A DNA stretch of 64,000 bases, from NCBI RefSeq assembly GCF_037042905.1, contig NC_087250.1:8000001-8064000 (forward strand). The letters run 5' to 3'. This DNA comes from Lytechinus pictus (taxonomy: Eukaryota). Made by a program: the position numbers and the translations under genes. Shown one piece after another: positions 40,301-51,590 of the stretch. Position 1 is the stretch's first letter. Each line of letters opens with the position of its first letter. The notes beneath the pieces are model-generated. The model saw nothing but the letters and a program-made list of their open reading frames with translations, did no database searches and was not told the origin of the DNA.

Positions 40301-42061
40301 AAAAATTCACTGTCTACTTTGTTTTGATAAGGATTTCTGTTGTCAATCACACACAAAACAAATGGGCTTCTGACCTCAGTGAGACAAAATTTTGGGTGGA
40401 AAAAAAATCATGTTTTTGTTGGTGCTGTTTCTTTTGTTCTTTTACAAAGCAAGTCTCCAATATGGGAGATTGTCTCCCTTATTGGAGAGTCTCCCATATT
40501 GGCCGTGCGCCTCTGACTGATAAGCAAACCGACGCGCCTACACAAATTTTGTGCATATCCGCGAGAGCACCACTGATTAGTGCGCTATGGCCGTGCCTAC
40601 CACAACAAGATTAAGTAACAATTTCAAATAACAAAAAAAAAACATTATCATTAAGATTCAAGAATTCCAAATCACACACACACAGCTCAGCCTCAGCGCA
40701 GTTTTGGCTTCGTACTCACTGGCCAACTTCGAGATAGATCTGTTTTTAGTGTTAGAACTAATCCACCAGTCATGCCAGTAATTGATCGCAAAAGTCAAAG
40801 CAAGTCTCTTAATCAAATTCGCGATTCTAGCCAGGCGCCCGACACTCATTCAATGGACAAGGTTATGATATAACCTTGTTCTCTGTTATATCTCCATGTG
40901 TGGCAAAATATTGAGGGTGGCAATATTTGGCTTATTTTCTCTTTTTCTTTGGGACAAATGCTTGATTTTTTTTACAGAGTTTCCATTACACCTATTCATC
41001 ATACAACTTGGCTCTGCGCTCTTACGTAAATTTGATTCTTTAAATTATTTTTTTCTGAATTAAAATAGAGATTGAAAAATGAAAATTTTCTTGCCATATT
41101 ACTTTCCACCAATAGAGGGCGTACACAAAAATATCCCCAAAATTCAAGTTTTTGAACGCTCCGGTGAATACAAAAATTATTCCCAAGTTACTGATGTCAT
41201 GATTAATGAAAAATAAATTACCTTGTAGGCCTAGTTTCAATCAGTAGAGGCGCTGGTCAGAAAATTGGGATCGTCCCAGTTTACAGGGACTGTCTCAGTT
41301 TATAAGGATTTCTTCACACAAGAAATCTAGGAAAGTTCATTCACCTGTCAAGTGCCGACACCAATCAAGTGTGCTAGTCAATGTAAACATATCGGGTTTC
41401 ATAACAAGATTATTGGAAGACAGTAAGTCATGAAAAATAGACGGTGAACTGGGGGGAATTGAGGTCACTGAATCTATTTTTAGCACTCTCAATTCCCGTA
41501 ATTGCTGTCTTTGTCCCGTAGGGGGAAGTGAAAAAAAAACGTCCCCATAAACAAGGACAGTCTCAATTTATCAAGACATGATTTGTCTTGGTTTATGAGG
41601 ATATCCTTGTTTTCTGGGACAATCCCAATTTTTGGACCAGCGCCTCTACTGTCAATCCCTGAAGTACTCCACCAGGAAGGGTAACTGTATGGAAATTAAT
41701 AATTTTGGTCAAAAAACTGATATTTTAATGATAGATTCCCCACAGGCAGGATGGTTGCAGTGAACAAGTGGCGCCTGCGCCTGAGAGCTCCTGGCCAGTG
41801 TCTTCGTTTGCTTGGCTTCGCCTTCGGCTGCTACTCGCGGCGGCGTGGCTCCCCGATAATCTCGGTTACACAAAATGACATGTGTGGGACTGAAATGACA
41901 CACTGCTCTTTAATGGCAGTATCGTATTATCTATATAGAACAATATTTATTCAGTAAATATCATACTCACTTTCATCCCAGTAATCAATAGGATCATCTA
42001 CAGGTGTAGGATTATTCAAAGCAAGAATTTGCTCTGAAAGCGTTACTTGTTTGTGTTTCAT
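22313..42061 (-). CDS. AATF: Protein AATF / Che-1 / Bfr2 homologue, complete CDS in 13 exons (567 aa)
   Basis: Exons 42061-41971, 37013-36855, 35874-35662, 35031-34810, 32561-32418, 31392-31272, 30092-29867, 29278-29111, 27690-27607, 26723-26662, 25045-24965, 23668-23597, 22373-22313 sum to 1704 nt with consistent phases. Motifs EIEKGKAV..QL.LWD...E.RIKLQKAL, DPEIFDDDDFYHQLLRELIE and VDTKASKGRKVRYDVHQKLVSFMAP (TRAUB domain). Confidence 0.95.
23597..23668 (-). CDS. AATF: AATF exon 12 (YDVHQKLVSFMAPVDTSTMLQEA)
   Basis: ccag|A, TAG|gtaaat. Confidence 0.92.
23815..24040 (+). mobile_element. 5'-truncated RTE-clade LINE 3' end
   Basis: Translates to DITRTALQWTQEERRKRGRPKNT*RWTIE...WGSLQRLAHDRQEWRAFVAAL, typical of an RTE ORF C-terminus, with stop codons. 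Confidence 0.8.
24052..24356 (-). pseudogene. Duplicated, diverged copy of AATF exon 12 split by a MITE (24106-24348)
   Basis: Removing the MITE and one AT copy gives cttcctag|A TAT GAT GTT CAT GAC AAG CTA TAT AGT TTT ATG GCA CCT (YDVHDKLYSFMAP). Confidence 0.8.
24965..25045 (-). CDS. AATF: AATF exon 11 (QWLQVQKLRTKVKRQVDTKASKGRKV)
   Basis: acag|A, CAG|gtaatt. Confidence 0.92.
25050..25305 (-). mobile_element. tRNA-derived SINE whose (ATT)n tail abuts the AATF exon 11 acceptor
   Basis: On the minus strand gtggtctagtgg, ggttcgaatc, core shared with the 15551 copy. Confidence 0.8.
26662..26723 (-). CDS. AATF: AATF exon 10 (LLRELIERRTSSTTDPIQLT)
   Basis: ttcag|CTG, CAG|gtgagt. Confidence 0.92.
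26878..27310. repeat. About 75-80 bp degenerate tandem repeat; one further copy at ~27510-27570
   Basis: Recurring ttcttcagatg(c/t)tg(g/a)tcaac...ttgccaatttggtaa. Confidence 0.85.
27607..27690 (-). CDS. AATF: AATF exon 9 (DPEIFDDDDFYHQ)
   Basis: ccag|GAT, CAG|gtatga. Confidence 0.92.
27785..28125. mobile_element. hAT-like MITE with ttccatgac subrepeats
   Basis: TIR agggttcccacag / ctgtaggaaccct; similar element at 61078-61468. Confidence 0.7.
28472..28964. mobile_element. TTAA-flanked non-autonomous DNA transposon (Kolobok-like)
   Basis: ttaa|aggggaagttcaccctgacaaaaa ... tttttgtcagggtgaacatctcct|ttaa. Confidence 0.8.
29111..29278 (-). CDS. AATF: AATF exon 8 (SFSGFERSALVQIQQILQDQNRLVQRTQLKRS)
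   Basis: ttcag|TCT, AAA|gtaagc. Confidence 0.9.
29533..29760 (+). mobile_element. Degenerate tRNA-derived SINE
   Basis: gtggtctagtgg A box, ggttcatatcc B box, ccttt-ggcaaggcac core. Confidence 0.65.
29867..30092 (-). CDS. AATF: AATF exon 7 (DEEIPSD...YRNNTIQKWYEKTRL)
   Basis: tcag|T, AAG|gtcagt. Confidence 0.9.
31272..31392 (-). CDS. AATF: AATF exon 6 (EKELTRLMQSLVSLQDTLLQQNPET)
   Basis: gcag|GT, GAA|gtgagt. Confidence 0.9.
31531..31634. repeat. Near-perfect hairpin, about 40-bp arms
   Basis: aggtttcacggtacaccatgtatgtttcttgggcaagtgttg ... caacacttgcccaagaaagatacatggtgtaccgtgaaacct. Confidence 0.9.
31982..32246 (-). pseudogene. Duplicated copy of AATF exon 5 interrupted by a ~110-bp MITE remnant (~32102-32210)
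   Basis: 31988-32100 is nearly identical to 32418-32530, and 32211-32245 matches 32526-32560; the insert resembles the element at 50877-51034. Confidence 0.85.
32418..32561 (-). CDS. AATF: AATF exon 5 (GLWDGFMESRIKLQKALHLSNQLPQ...)
   Basis: acag|GA, AAA|gtatat; AATF/Che-1 domain. Confidence 0.9.
32655..33492. mobile_element. PIF/Harbinger-type non-autonomous element
   Basis: tta|gggtgtgtttatgc ... gcataaacacggcc|tta; 3-bp TTA target duplication. Confidence 0.8.
33690..34830 (-). repeat. About 360-375 bp tandem repeat (3 units) including the AATF exon 4 3' end and donor
   Basis: ct(a/g)acctagc(a/t)gtgactgaactg at ~34071, ~34446 and ~34805. Confidence 0.9.
34810..35031 (-). CDS. AATF: AATF exon 4 (acidic; SEEIEKGKAVQSQL)
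   Basis: ttcag|GT, TAG|gtcagt. Confidence 0.9.
35662..35874 (-). CDS. AATF: AATF exon 3 (acidic D/E-rich)
   Basis: gtag|GA, AAG|gtacag; open acidic frame, phase 1/1. Confidence 0.82.
36172..36840. mobile_element. Triple-nested MITE cluster in AATF intron 2
   Basis: Outer ggggatgtttcaca...tgtgaaacccc; middle 36323-36805; inner 36445-36716. Confidence 0.7.
36855..37013 (-). CDS. AATF: AATF exon 2 (TTAKVAEFDEGDEE...DGRYTGLKTSRKQW)
   Basis: ctag|AC, CAG|gtcagg; RY.G..TSRK motif. Confidence 0.88.
37771..38140. mobile_element. TTAA-flanked non-autonomous element (Kolobok-like)
   Basis: ttaa|aggtattgtttaa ... ttaaccaatcact|ttaa. Confidence 0.6.
39000..40043 (-). mobile_element. hAT-like internally deleted DNA transposon with 13-bp TIRs and 6-bp target duplication
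   Basis: caatat|cagagatgccaac ... gttggcatctctg|caatat; the empty site is visible in the second MITE unit (~40455-40470). Confidence 0.85.
39404..39649 (-). pseudogene. Truncated transposase N-terminus with C2H2/BED-like zinc finger
   Basis: KY..EY...YP...AFCTICSVDIKVEHGGRDDVRKHVGNKRH pattern, of the kind seen at hAT-type transposase N-termini; no catalytic region follows. Confidence 0.7.
41242..41651. mobile_element. MITE with CAGTAGAGGCGC TIRs and 5-bp TSD
   Basis: tcaat|cagtagaggcgctggtc ... gaccagcgcctctactg|tcaat. Confidence 0.88.
41971..42061 (-). CDS. AATF: AATF exon 1 (MKHKQVTLSEQILALNNPTPVDDPIDYWDE)
   Basis: ATG at 42061-42059, GAAA|gtgagt donor; resembles the AATF N-terminal L..Q...L.NP.P motif. 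Confidence 0.82.
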
Positions 42062-42930
42062 TTTTCGTAGCTTGTGAAATTTGCTTTCCCACACGAACAT
42101 GCATTTAAATGCTGAATGTAGCACACGTACGTGTACTGTGCAACTTAGCACCGTATCTTCCAAGAGCAAGTTAGAAATGGAATTATTTCTCATATTCAAT
42201 AATACTTAAATATAGTTTGTTTTGTATATAATTATAGAACACGGTTGAGGATTGAAACAATTCGGAATGGGTGTCCACTCGAAGCCAACATTTAAACAAT
42301 TTTTTTTTTTTGGGGGGGGAAGGGGGCAAGATTCGAACAATATTTTCTTGATGGACGTTTAATTTTAACTGTGGTGTGAATATCCTCAACCGCTGCATGG
42401 TACCCGGCATTTACCTGTCTAGGTGCGTACAGTATAAAAGGCTTGACCTCATTGGTCAGATCGTGTCATGAGGACGCGCACTATACTGTGTACATTGATC
42501 AATAAGTTCGCGCGTTGTAAATCGTGTACACATATTGGCATTTAAGTGCGACTTACGTCATCCCGGCTTAAATCTTTGTGAAACACCCCCTGGGTTCGCA
42601 CTATGTGGGTATATTTCTTGCTGAAGGAAAACACGCCATGGCTGGGAATAGAACCCACATTCCTCTGATTGAGACGAAAGTCATAACCACTAGACCACAC
42701 CCCCCACATCATTGTCTCATTTGCATATCACTGTATAGTTGCATCGTGGTTTATGAAAAATAAATGAAATTTCAAAATGTCATTAAATTCTCATTTTACA
42801 TTTGATTTCGATTGAACTTATTAATGTCATGCTTGGCTGATTTTTCTCTTTTTATTCAAATAAATGTTTTGCTAGAGTCCATGGATTTCCATTTTAATTT
42901 AAACCACACCTCCCGCCAAAGTTCCCCGAT

Positions 42931-43340
42931 GGTGAATTGCCAATTCGTCTACTGCCAACTCGTCCACTCAACACATGGTCTACTTTCATTTAGTCTAATG
43001 CCATTTCGTCTAACAACCATTTGGTCCAATGACCATTTGTTCCAATCATCACTTCATCTAATCACTATTTCGTCTATAGATGACCATTTCATCTCATAAT
43101 CAGTTGGTCCAATATCCGTTTTATTTTCATTCATTTTGCACAATTAACACTTGGTCCAATTAGACCAAATGGTATATGGACTAAACAGTTATTGGACCAA
43201 CTGGTTATTAGACAAAATGGTGAGCCTAGTAGAAGAATTAACAATCATGTGGATAGTGGACGAACTGATGGTAGACCAAATGAGAGTAGACGAGTTGGCA
43301 ATATTGGACGAACTGGCATTGGACCAATTGGAAATAAACC
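42931..43340. mobile_element. MITE with gtcta/tagac subrepeats
   Basis: ggtgaattgccaattcgtc ... ttggaaataaacc; same family as ~20253-20515. Confidence 0.75.
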
Positions 43341-44202
43341 TCCCCCAAATGCACCATGTTGGGCAACAACAACAAGAACAAAAGAGTCATAACAAAGTAG
43401 AAATCACATCAAATATTTATTCCTCATTTTCACATTGTCATCCAACTAGACCGTCATCTGAACGAAATATACATAATATTTACTTGAAAGTATAAACAAA
43501 GGGTATAAAATAATTTATAGAGAAACAAAAGTAAGGCTTTCAAATAAAAACATATATGAGTTTTAGTCTGAATATATCTGATGTACAAATCCAAAGGATT
43601 GACTTTTTTAATTCTGTTTTTATTATTAACAAATTCAGCCAATTGCAAAATTGACTAAGGATTACTAAATGATTGCAAATCACACAAACACAGGACGGTC
43701 AATCCTTTGTCTTAATCACTAAATATTAATAACATTTCTTAAACAAATATCAAATAGTCATCTCAAAATACATATCTGCATTGTCCCTCCACACACACAA
43801 ACAATGAAAGGAATCCATAAATGCTAAGATATAGAAGTGATCAAATACATGAAAATCATATAAATGGCAAAATGAATAAGCAAGCAGATAAATTGAATGA
43901 AATATTTGTCTGATAAAAAAATTGAAAAAATTTTCTGATTTGTTTATTATTCTAAAATTTTCCATGAAAAAGTATTAAATTGCATCATGCATCTTCCCTG
44001 ATTGTAGGTGTTGTAACCAGTTATTTAAGTTGCTTAATTTCGATCTTCTTTTCAGTTAATACACAATATTTATGAGGCAGTGATTCTCTATATTTGCCCA
44101 TTCACTGGCGGACTATATATTACCCGAGCTTCAGCTCCAGCTGTTAATATTAACGGTGCCTAGTGCATTGATGGAATTTATCGTGACCAGGTACCCATTC
44201 AC

Positions 44203-44700
44203 CAGGGTTGGGCACAATTACAAGGTAATTGATCAATTATGTAAGTAATTACGTTTTATTAGTAATTGTAATTGTATTTGAAATTTTGAAAGGAAAAGTA
44301 ATTGTAATTGAAAAAAAAATGCAATTGACTTCAATTACTGTCAATTACATTTTATTACTTTACAATAAACTTACTTAATTTATGATTTAAATTCATGACA
44401 TTTTACATGTCAACTGCTTCAGCATCAAAGAGAGAAAGAGGCAGAATCGGTGCTCTTTAACACATAGTTTCTCTGTAACTTAGAATTATATTGAAATAGG
44501 TGGTGCTACGTACAGAATACAAATTAATTTCATTTATGACTTTTATAGAAAATAACTAAATGTAATTGTAATTGACAAAAGCAATTGGCAATTGTAAATG
44601 AAAAAAAAGTAATTTAATTGAAAAGTAATTGTATTTGAACATTTCTTCAATTACGTAATTGTTATCGTAATTGTAATTGAAGAAATTGAGCCCAACCCTG
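44203..44700. mobile_element. hAT-type MITE (gtaatt/aattac subrepeats) inserted into a SINE (~44110-44838, minus strand)
   Basis: ccattcac|cagggttgggc ... gcccaaccctg|ccatgcac, 8-bp TSD with one mismatch; the SINE core resumes on both sides. Confidence 0.85.
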
Positions 44701-45420
44701 CCATGCACCTCACCTGGGTTGAGTGCAGCACAATGTGGAGTCATTTCTTGCTTAAGGAAATTACATGTAAACCATGGCTGGGATCTGAACCCATGAACCT
44801 CTGTTTCAAACGCGAGAGTCAGAACCGCCAGACCACAGCTAGTCTGCAAGCAGACTCATATTAGAAATTTTATGACCAATCATACCATGTCTAGATTGAA
44901 GACTATATGTCAAGCTCTCTGTCTGTGCCAGCCACAATACATAGTGAATCTAGTCTTACTATTTCAGACGCTATTTAATATGCACTATGCGAATTGCAAA
45001 AACCAAGTGTCTGTGCCATGCAGACTATGCCACCGTGGCAGCTGGAATGTTCATGTGCATGTAGAAAGGTATAAGTACAATATACATATTAAAATGTGAA
45101 AGCCAGTCATGATAAAACCTTATGCACGAGGTAGAGAAAGAAATAAAAATCGATGAGTTATAGAACATTATATTTCAAATCTTTTCTAGTTTAATACACG
45201 TAAGAGAACTTTCATTGCATTTTTTTTCACTTGCAAAGCCTGTCGGTCCATATATGCAAATACGGTAAATGATAAAGAAAGGGTAAAAAAATATAGATAA
45301 AAGTACTGCTTAATATCATACACAATACTACAGACACTTTTTCAACAAAAACAAAAAAACACAAGGCAGTGAGGGGGTGAAAAGTGTCACTTCTTTTCTT
45401 CCTCTCTAGGGATTGTCCCT

Positions 45421-45668
45421 ACACTGCAAAAACTCTGGTGTTGATTTAACACCAGCCCGGAATCTGTATAAGTCCACACGAGACAAGTGTTAAACAACAC
45501 CAGTTTGGTTTTGGTCTAACACCAGATACATGTAGGTGTTTATACAACACCAATTAGTATTAAAACAGCATCAGTTTGATTCCAAACTGGTGTTGTTTCA
45601 ATACTTCTCTGGTGTGGACATATATATTCCGTGCTGGTGTTAAATCAACACCGGAGTTTTTACAATGT
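45421..45668. mobile_element. MITE with CACTG-type ends and long TIRs
   Basis: cactgcaaaaactctggtgttgatttaacaccagc ... gctggtgttaaatcaacaccggagtttttacaatg. Confidence 0.8.
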
Positions 45669-45755
45669 ACGAAATAGAAACTATAGGCAAGTATGCATTT
45701 TAAGACAATGCATGACTACTTTATCTCGGTTGATTCAATACAATTTCTAGCAGTA

Positions 45756-47424
45756 GGGGAGACCGGGGTTAGTTGGAACATGGGGTAAGTTGAAACATTG
45801 TAATTTTCTTTAACGTCTTTAAATAAATTTCTGCAATACTGCCCTCAAGTTATTGTCATTATCAACGGCCATCCACCATATTACAGACAACACATGTGCA
45901 ACAAGCCTGGTGAAGTTAGAAACAAATTTTTGTTTTTTGACCTTCTGAGTAAATTTTTTCTCGTTCAGAAATGTTTGATTATCTCAGAGAAGTTTACAGA
46001 TCAAGTTGGCCAGTTTAGGGGTATAATAGACACTTATACCAAGCTACAAAATGAGGTTATTAATATGCCATGGTGAAGTCCCTTTTTTGTGCTGTAAGCT
46101 TATAAACGTCAAATGAGCCTCCGGGGTTAGTTGGAACAAAATTGAAGGGGCTAGTTGGAACATGTTCCAACTTACCCCAAACATAATTATGAATGAAAAT
46201 ATTGGATATGAGAAAAAAAAACAAAGTATTTCACACTCTTCTGAACATGTATTGTATACCATGCTTGTTTTGTTTATCAGTTAGGTCTGAGTGTGCATTT
46301 AAGGCCTATTGTAGGCACCTAATGCAATGTTAACCCTTATCAAAAGGGGGGGGGGTCAATTTGAGCCCCCCTCAAGAAATTTTGTCACTACGCCGTCGCA
46401 CGAATTTTTTTTATTACACTGCTAGCTGACTTTTTACTTTCAAGTCTTGTGCATCATTTGAGACCAAATTTGTGATGCCTGTGTTTCAAAATTACGCAAC
46501 AAAAATTACGCAACAAATTGTATGTGCATGTTCGGACCCAAAATTGTTCAAAAAGGTGATTCCATGTACAAGGTCAATGCAAATTGCGTTTTTCAACCAA
46601 AAGTCATAAATGTATGATTATTTTTTACTTTTGCTGGTTCACATAGATTAATTTTATGCTATTTATGATCGCAAAAGACTCCTGACAAAGTCCATCGGAG
46701 AAAACAAAGTTCGAAAAAAAAAAAATACATAAGAAATTATATTTTTTGCATTTTTTGGTGGATATTTGTTATAAATGTGAAAATTGATACTCTCACCAAA
46801 AATTCTACTAGCTTAATAAATATAGTTTAAGGCAAAAACATACAAAAAAAAACAAATTTCTGGAAAATTTTATATGCTTATTTGCATAATTAATTATGAA
46901 AAAAATAAAAACAATCAATTTTTGTCTCATAAATTTGATGCAGAAGTACATGAAATTGCTGATAGTACACTTAATTGCATGTAAACTCAAACGCACCCAA
47001 ATATGCGGAATTCTACTACACAGTCTGCTTGCGTGAGTGGCTGTATAATAGAAAACATAAAGTTCAACGAATCCACACTTTAATATTTTGAACTTGAATA
47101 AGATAAAGCAAATAGGCTAAAACCATGTAATATTACAGTTTTAAGTAGTTTTAGTATAATTCTTAATTGACCATGCAGTGTTCCAACTTACCCCATACCA
47201 TGTTCCAACTTACCCCGATATGGGGGTAAGTTGGAACGTTTGCGATAGTCTTGTTCAAGGTGGATTTTTTCAGTAACCATAATAGAGTTAAAAATTTTAT
47301 GGGGTACATTTGAAGCCCTGAGATATATGCTTCAAGCTGATATATTTATTGTTTCTCGAATAAAATCTATTTGGATTTTACAGCCATTTTTGTCAAAAAT
47401 GTTCCAACTAACCCCGGTCTCCCC
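45756..47424. mobile_element. TA-flanked Tc1/mariner-pogo-like non-autonomous element with a probable nested TTAA-CCCT (piggyBac-like) fragment at ~46330-46990
   Basis: ta|ggggagaccggggttagttggaacat ... atgttccaactaaccccggtctcccc|ta; internal ggggtaagttggaac subrepeats; no transposase ORF. Confidence 0.8.
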
Positions 47425-50400
47425 TATTTATTAAATAATATCAATACACATCACATATTCAATAATCTGATTACTAAGTTATTAAAACACGCATTCAGAT
47501 TATTTTCTGGGTTATAAAACACATCACACATGTACATGTATGCAATAATTGAACATAATCAATTACCTATCTGATTATTGAAAATTGCACTCAAATATAT
47601 ATATATATATATATAGTGAAAGAAATGGATGAAGAGAACAATGGTAGGCGTAGCTTAAATCAAGGTTTCCCAGAGCTATCTTCCCTTTGGAAAAATTGGT
47701 TATGCCGAAAAAATGTCTCTGCCGGGAATCGAACCCTGGCCCCCATATATATATATATATATATTCAAGCACAAACCATAACTGAACATAATAACCAATC
47801 AGTATAATAAAAAAATGCACTTAGATTATTTTCTTCGTTACAAAACACCACACACACACCATAATTGAACCTAATCAATCTCATTATTAAATCATGCGTG
47901 CATTCAGATTATATTCTGGGTTCCAATACACATCACACACTCAATAATTGGATAAAAAATACCCGATTATTGAAAATTACACTCAGATGATGCTCTGGTT
48001 TATAATAAACATCACACAAAACATTAATTATCTGGCTCTGCTCAGAGACTGCCACGCCCACGATCAATTGGGCAAAATGAATTTTTGGAGGATTTTGATT
48101 CCTGATTTCTATTTCAAGCAACAAAATATTTATATTATAAATGATCAACCTGAATATACAATTACAAAATCAATACAGCAGTACTATTATTTTTAATTTG
48201 ACTTCATTGTCATGAAGTCAAATGTCATTGTTATTTAGAATTCATACATGTAAAGGTTTATTTGCTTTAATAGAAATTGAGTTCAATGTCATTAAAAGTA
48301 TATGTTATTTTTCCTATTCCAGTAGGTCCATTAGGTTTTGGTAGAAAAGGAAATGCTATAAATTTTTCTTTATTCTTATCAACTTGAATAGGAATTGACC
48401 TTAAAACATAATCATATGAATAATTTTACATGCATGTCTTCTATTTATTCTGCTCCATATTGAAGTAGAAAATATATTTCAAAATCTTACAATAATAACC
48501 AACCATTTTTTACAGTATAAAAATGACAAGAAGATACATGTATATCTGGCAAACAGATTGAAGTAGAATAATTAAAAAATGGATGACAATTTGGCAAGGC
48601 AATCTGAAGTATAATAACATGAGTTGGCGATGGCAAACGGTGTCTTAGAATTAACACCTATTAATACATACGGTACAATATGAAATACATGTATAAACAT
48701 GATTTCATTCCATTATCTTTGATCACAGGAGCATTTCATCAACATTTTCATCCGACAAAGTTGACAGATCTGAAAACTTTCCTTGATTTTGATTGGCCGA
48801 GAAGCACTGTTACTATGGCAACTGTCGGATAAAACATCCACAAATCCTTTCATGAATTGCTCCCCAGGGGTACAACTGTGTGAACCCCACACATGTGATT
48901 TTCAAAATTTAGGAGGGGGGGGGGCCATAAATGTTGATATTTTCAGGGTCCTTTTTTATAGAACACATTTCTCAATTATAGCACAAGAACAAGGCCAAAA
49001 CTTGAATAAAAAAGGGTGTTAAAGTCTCCTGGACCATGAGAAGGGCGAGGGGCATAGCCTTGGTGGTGGTGGGGGGGGGGGATTCCCCAATGCTATTATA
49101 CATTGGTCTAGACTAGAGTAACCATAACAGAAACAAAGTCTCATTTTATTCTTAACTACAGATATTTTTGTTACAATAGGACAGAATACTTCTTCCAAGC
49201 ATTAATAAGTCTTCTCAATTTCATGTATGATGCAAAAGCCTACATGTAGGTATTTGTGAAAAACTGCATACCAGGATCCAATGACAGGGGTGATCTGTAA
49301 ATGTGTTATTACTATTAAGCACTATTTATTATCATCATGATTACTTTTGTTTCTTGTTAAATTCCTCATTACTACATTCTCAGTAATTTGAACGTTCATT
49401 GTAACAATGCTCTGCATAGTATGATTTGAATACTTTTCATTTATTTAAATAAATACAGATCGACACATTATAAAAAAATTAATACAATTGATATTATGAT
49501 TATTTTGTCTTCTTGTTCAATTCCTCATCATGCATTTTCTCAGTAATATGAAAGTTAATTGTAACAATGATTTGCATAGTAAGATTTGAATAAACTTAAT
49601 TAATATATATATAGCCACACAATCAAACATTGATACAATTAATACCATTATATGATTATCATTTCTTCTTCCTAAATTCCTCATTACATACATTCTCAGT
49701 AATACGAACATTCATTGCAACGATACTCTGCACAGCAACATCGGAATGAAACTTATTCAATGATATATTTACAGCCATGCGATCAAATATTGATATAATC
49801 AATAGCATTTTGATGATCTTTTTTGTTTTGTGTAACTCCTCATTACGTACATTCTCAGTACCGGTAATATGAATGGCCATTGAAACAATGATCTGTATAG
49901 TAAGATTTGACTAAAATTTATTCACTGATATATATAACCAAACACATGATCAAACAGTTACCTAGCTTGAAGGCCACACCTTTTTATCATAGCCAGATAT
50001 ATCCAGTGCATCGCAGAAAAAAAGGAAGCCGCGATTCCCATGTCTTTTTTCTTCTAAGGAAAATGAATTATGATATTTAATTTACATCATCATACAATTC
50101 AATTATTCCTCTTCATTTTGATACCTGATATGAGATGAACACTTCACTGACGCATTAATGAGCAAGACGAGTTTGAAATTTTAATGTCAAAATCAGGTTG
50201 CGCAGAAAAGTTAAACAAGATTGGTTTAATGATACAATGACCATGCTTATTTGACGATTGGCTTATTAGCATTTCTTTTGTATTCTTTGTTAAGTTATTG
50301 TCACTGATCCCTGAAATGAGAGTGGATTCAGATTCACACGCGAAGTTCTGCGCAAATCACTTCTGACATGCCTCGATATTTATTGCTTGCAATCTGCAAT

Positions 50401-50876
50401 CCGCGAATGATTTGCTATGATGTTGATCTCATATCAAAGATGAGATTCCTCTCTTAACATAAATATATATTTTATAGTAAACACATATTATACAAATAAT
50501 GAATGTTTATAATATATATATATATATATATTAATTTACTTTATTTTATATTTGAACAATAATTTACTTCAGGTGCCCATTTAGCAATATGCTGGTATCA
50601 CTTGGTGTCATATGCATAAAAACAAAACAAGTATATACGCACATGATAACATATATACAACAATAAATACATAGGTATGTTTAACATACATAAAGAGTAC
50701 ATGTACAAATATTGCAAATTCAGAGTTATTAAAGTATAAATAATGATTACGAATTTCACAGGTAAAATTGAAATCAACATAAGCCTGAAATCCATTGTTT
50801 TCAGCTCCTGGAGAGTGCGGTTAGGGTGTACCTTATTTATACAGGTATGTGATCTATCTGTATATAATACATGTAA

Positions 50877-51034
50877 CAGGGGCCACGGAAAGGTTTTCAA
50901 AGTGGGGGCGGGGGGCTGACCATGCAAAAAATCACAATCCTATGGTCATTTCCACGTTTTTGTGCACGGTTTTGGAAAAAAGTGGGGGGGGGGGCTGAAT
51001 CCCCCCTAGCCCCCCCCCCCTTCTGCGGCCCCTG
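50877..51034. mobile_element. Short MITE with caggggcc TIRs and poly-G/poly-C tracts
   Basis: tgtaa|caggggcc ... ggcccctg|tgtaa. Confidence 0.75.
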
Positions 51035-51327
51035 TGTAACCTGATTACTTTTACATGACCTAACATTAACATGTAATGTGTAGCACTTAGAAACATTGTA
51101 TTATGCACTTTCTTAATGGTGAGTATTATTATCAAAGGCATTCATTGAACGTGAAGATAAATCTGTTCATATAAACCACACATGGCAGCTAAAAGGCTGC
51201 ATATTACAAGGAGTTTACAAAACTTGGAAATAATTTGAATATCAATTAAATAATATTCTACCCTGTCTTCTACCCTACCCTGGGAAAATTATTACACGGA
51301 GGTTCGGGGTTAGTTCCCCATGAAATC

Positions 51328-51590
51328 GGGTCGTGTGGTCCAGTGGTTAGAGCATTGGACTCATAATCGCAAGGTTGTGAATTCGAATCCCTACTCTGCC
51401 ATTGTCTCCACTTGGATAAAAAGGCCCGAGGGTGATATCTGTCGTCTATAACGTCAGCCACTATGACTGATTAACCTAGACGTAAAATGCTTCCGAGGTA
51501 ATTGGTTATATACCAGCTTGGCGTTTACCAGCAAAACGCTGTCCTGCCGAGTTCCTACAGGAGTTACCATAAACAGAAACAAACAGAAAT
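51328..51590 (+). mobile_element. tRNA-derived SINE
   Basis: tggtccagtgg A box and ttcgaatcc B box followed by a non-tRNA body. Confidence 0.65.

Larger units (their letters stand above)
38641..40515. mobile_element. Tandem dimer of a CAGTAGAGGCGC-ended MITE (~430-bp units) carrying a nested transposon
   Basis: cagtagaggcgcatggccaatat at 38641 and 40073; end atattggccgtgcgcctctg; ACTGA on both flanks. Confidence 0.8.

Noticed and set aside
42062..42570. AATF promoter elements
   Set aside because: Position and mild CpG enrichment are compatible, but no specific core promoter motif can be supported.
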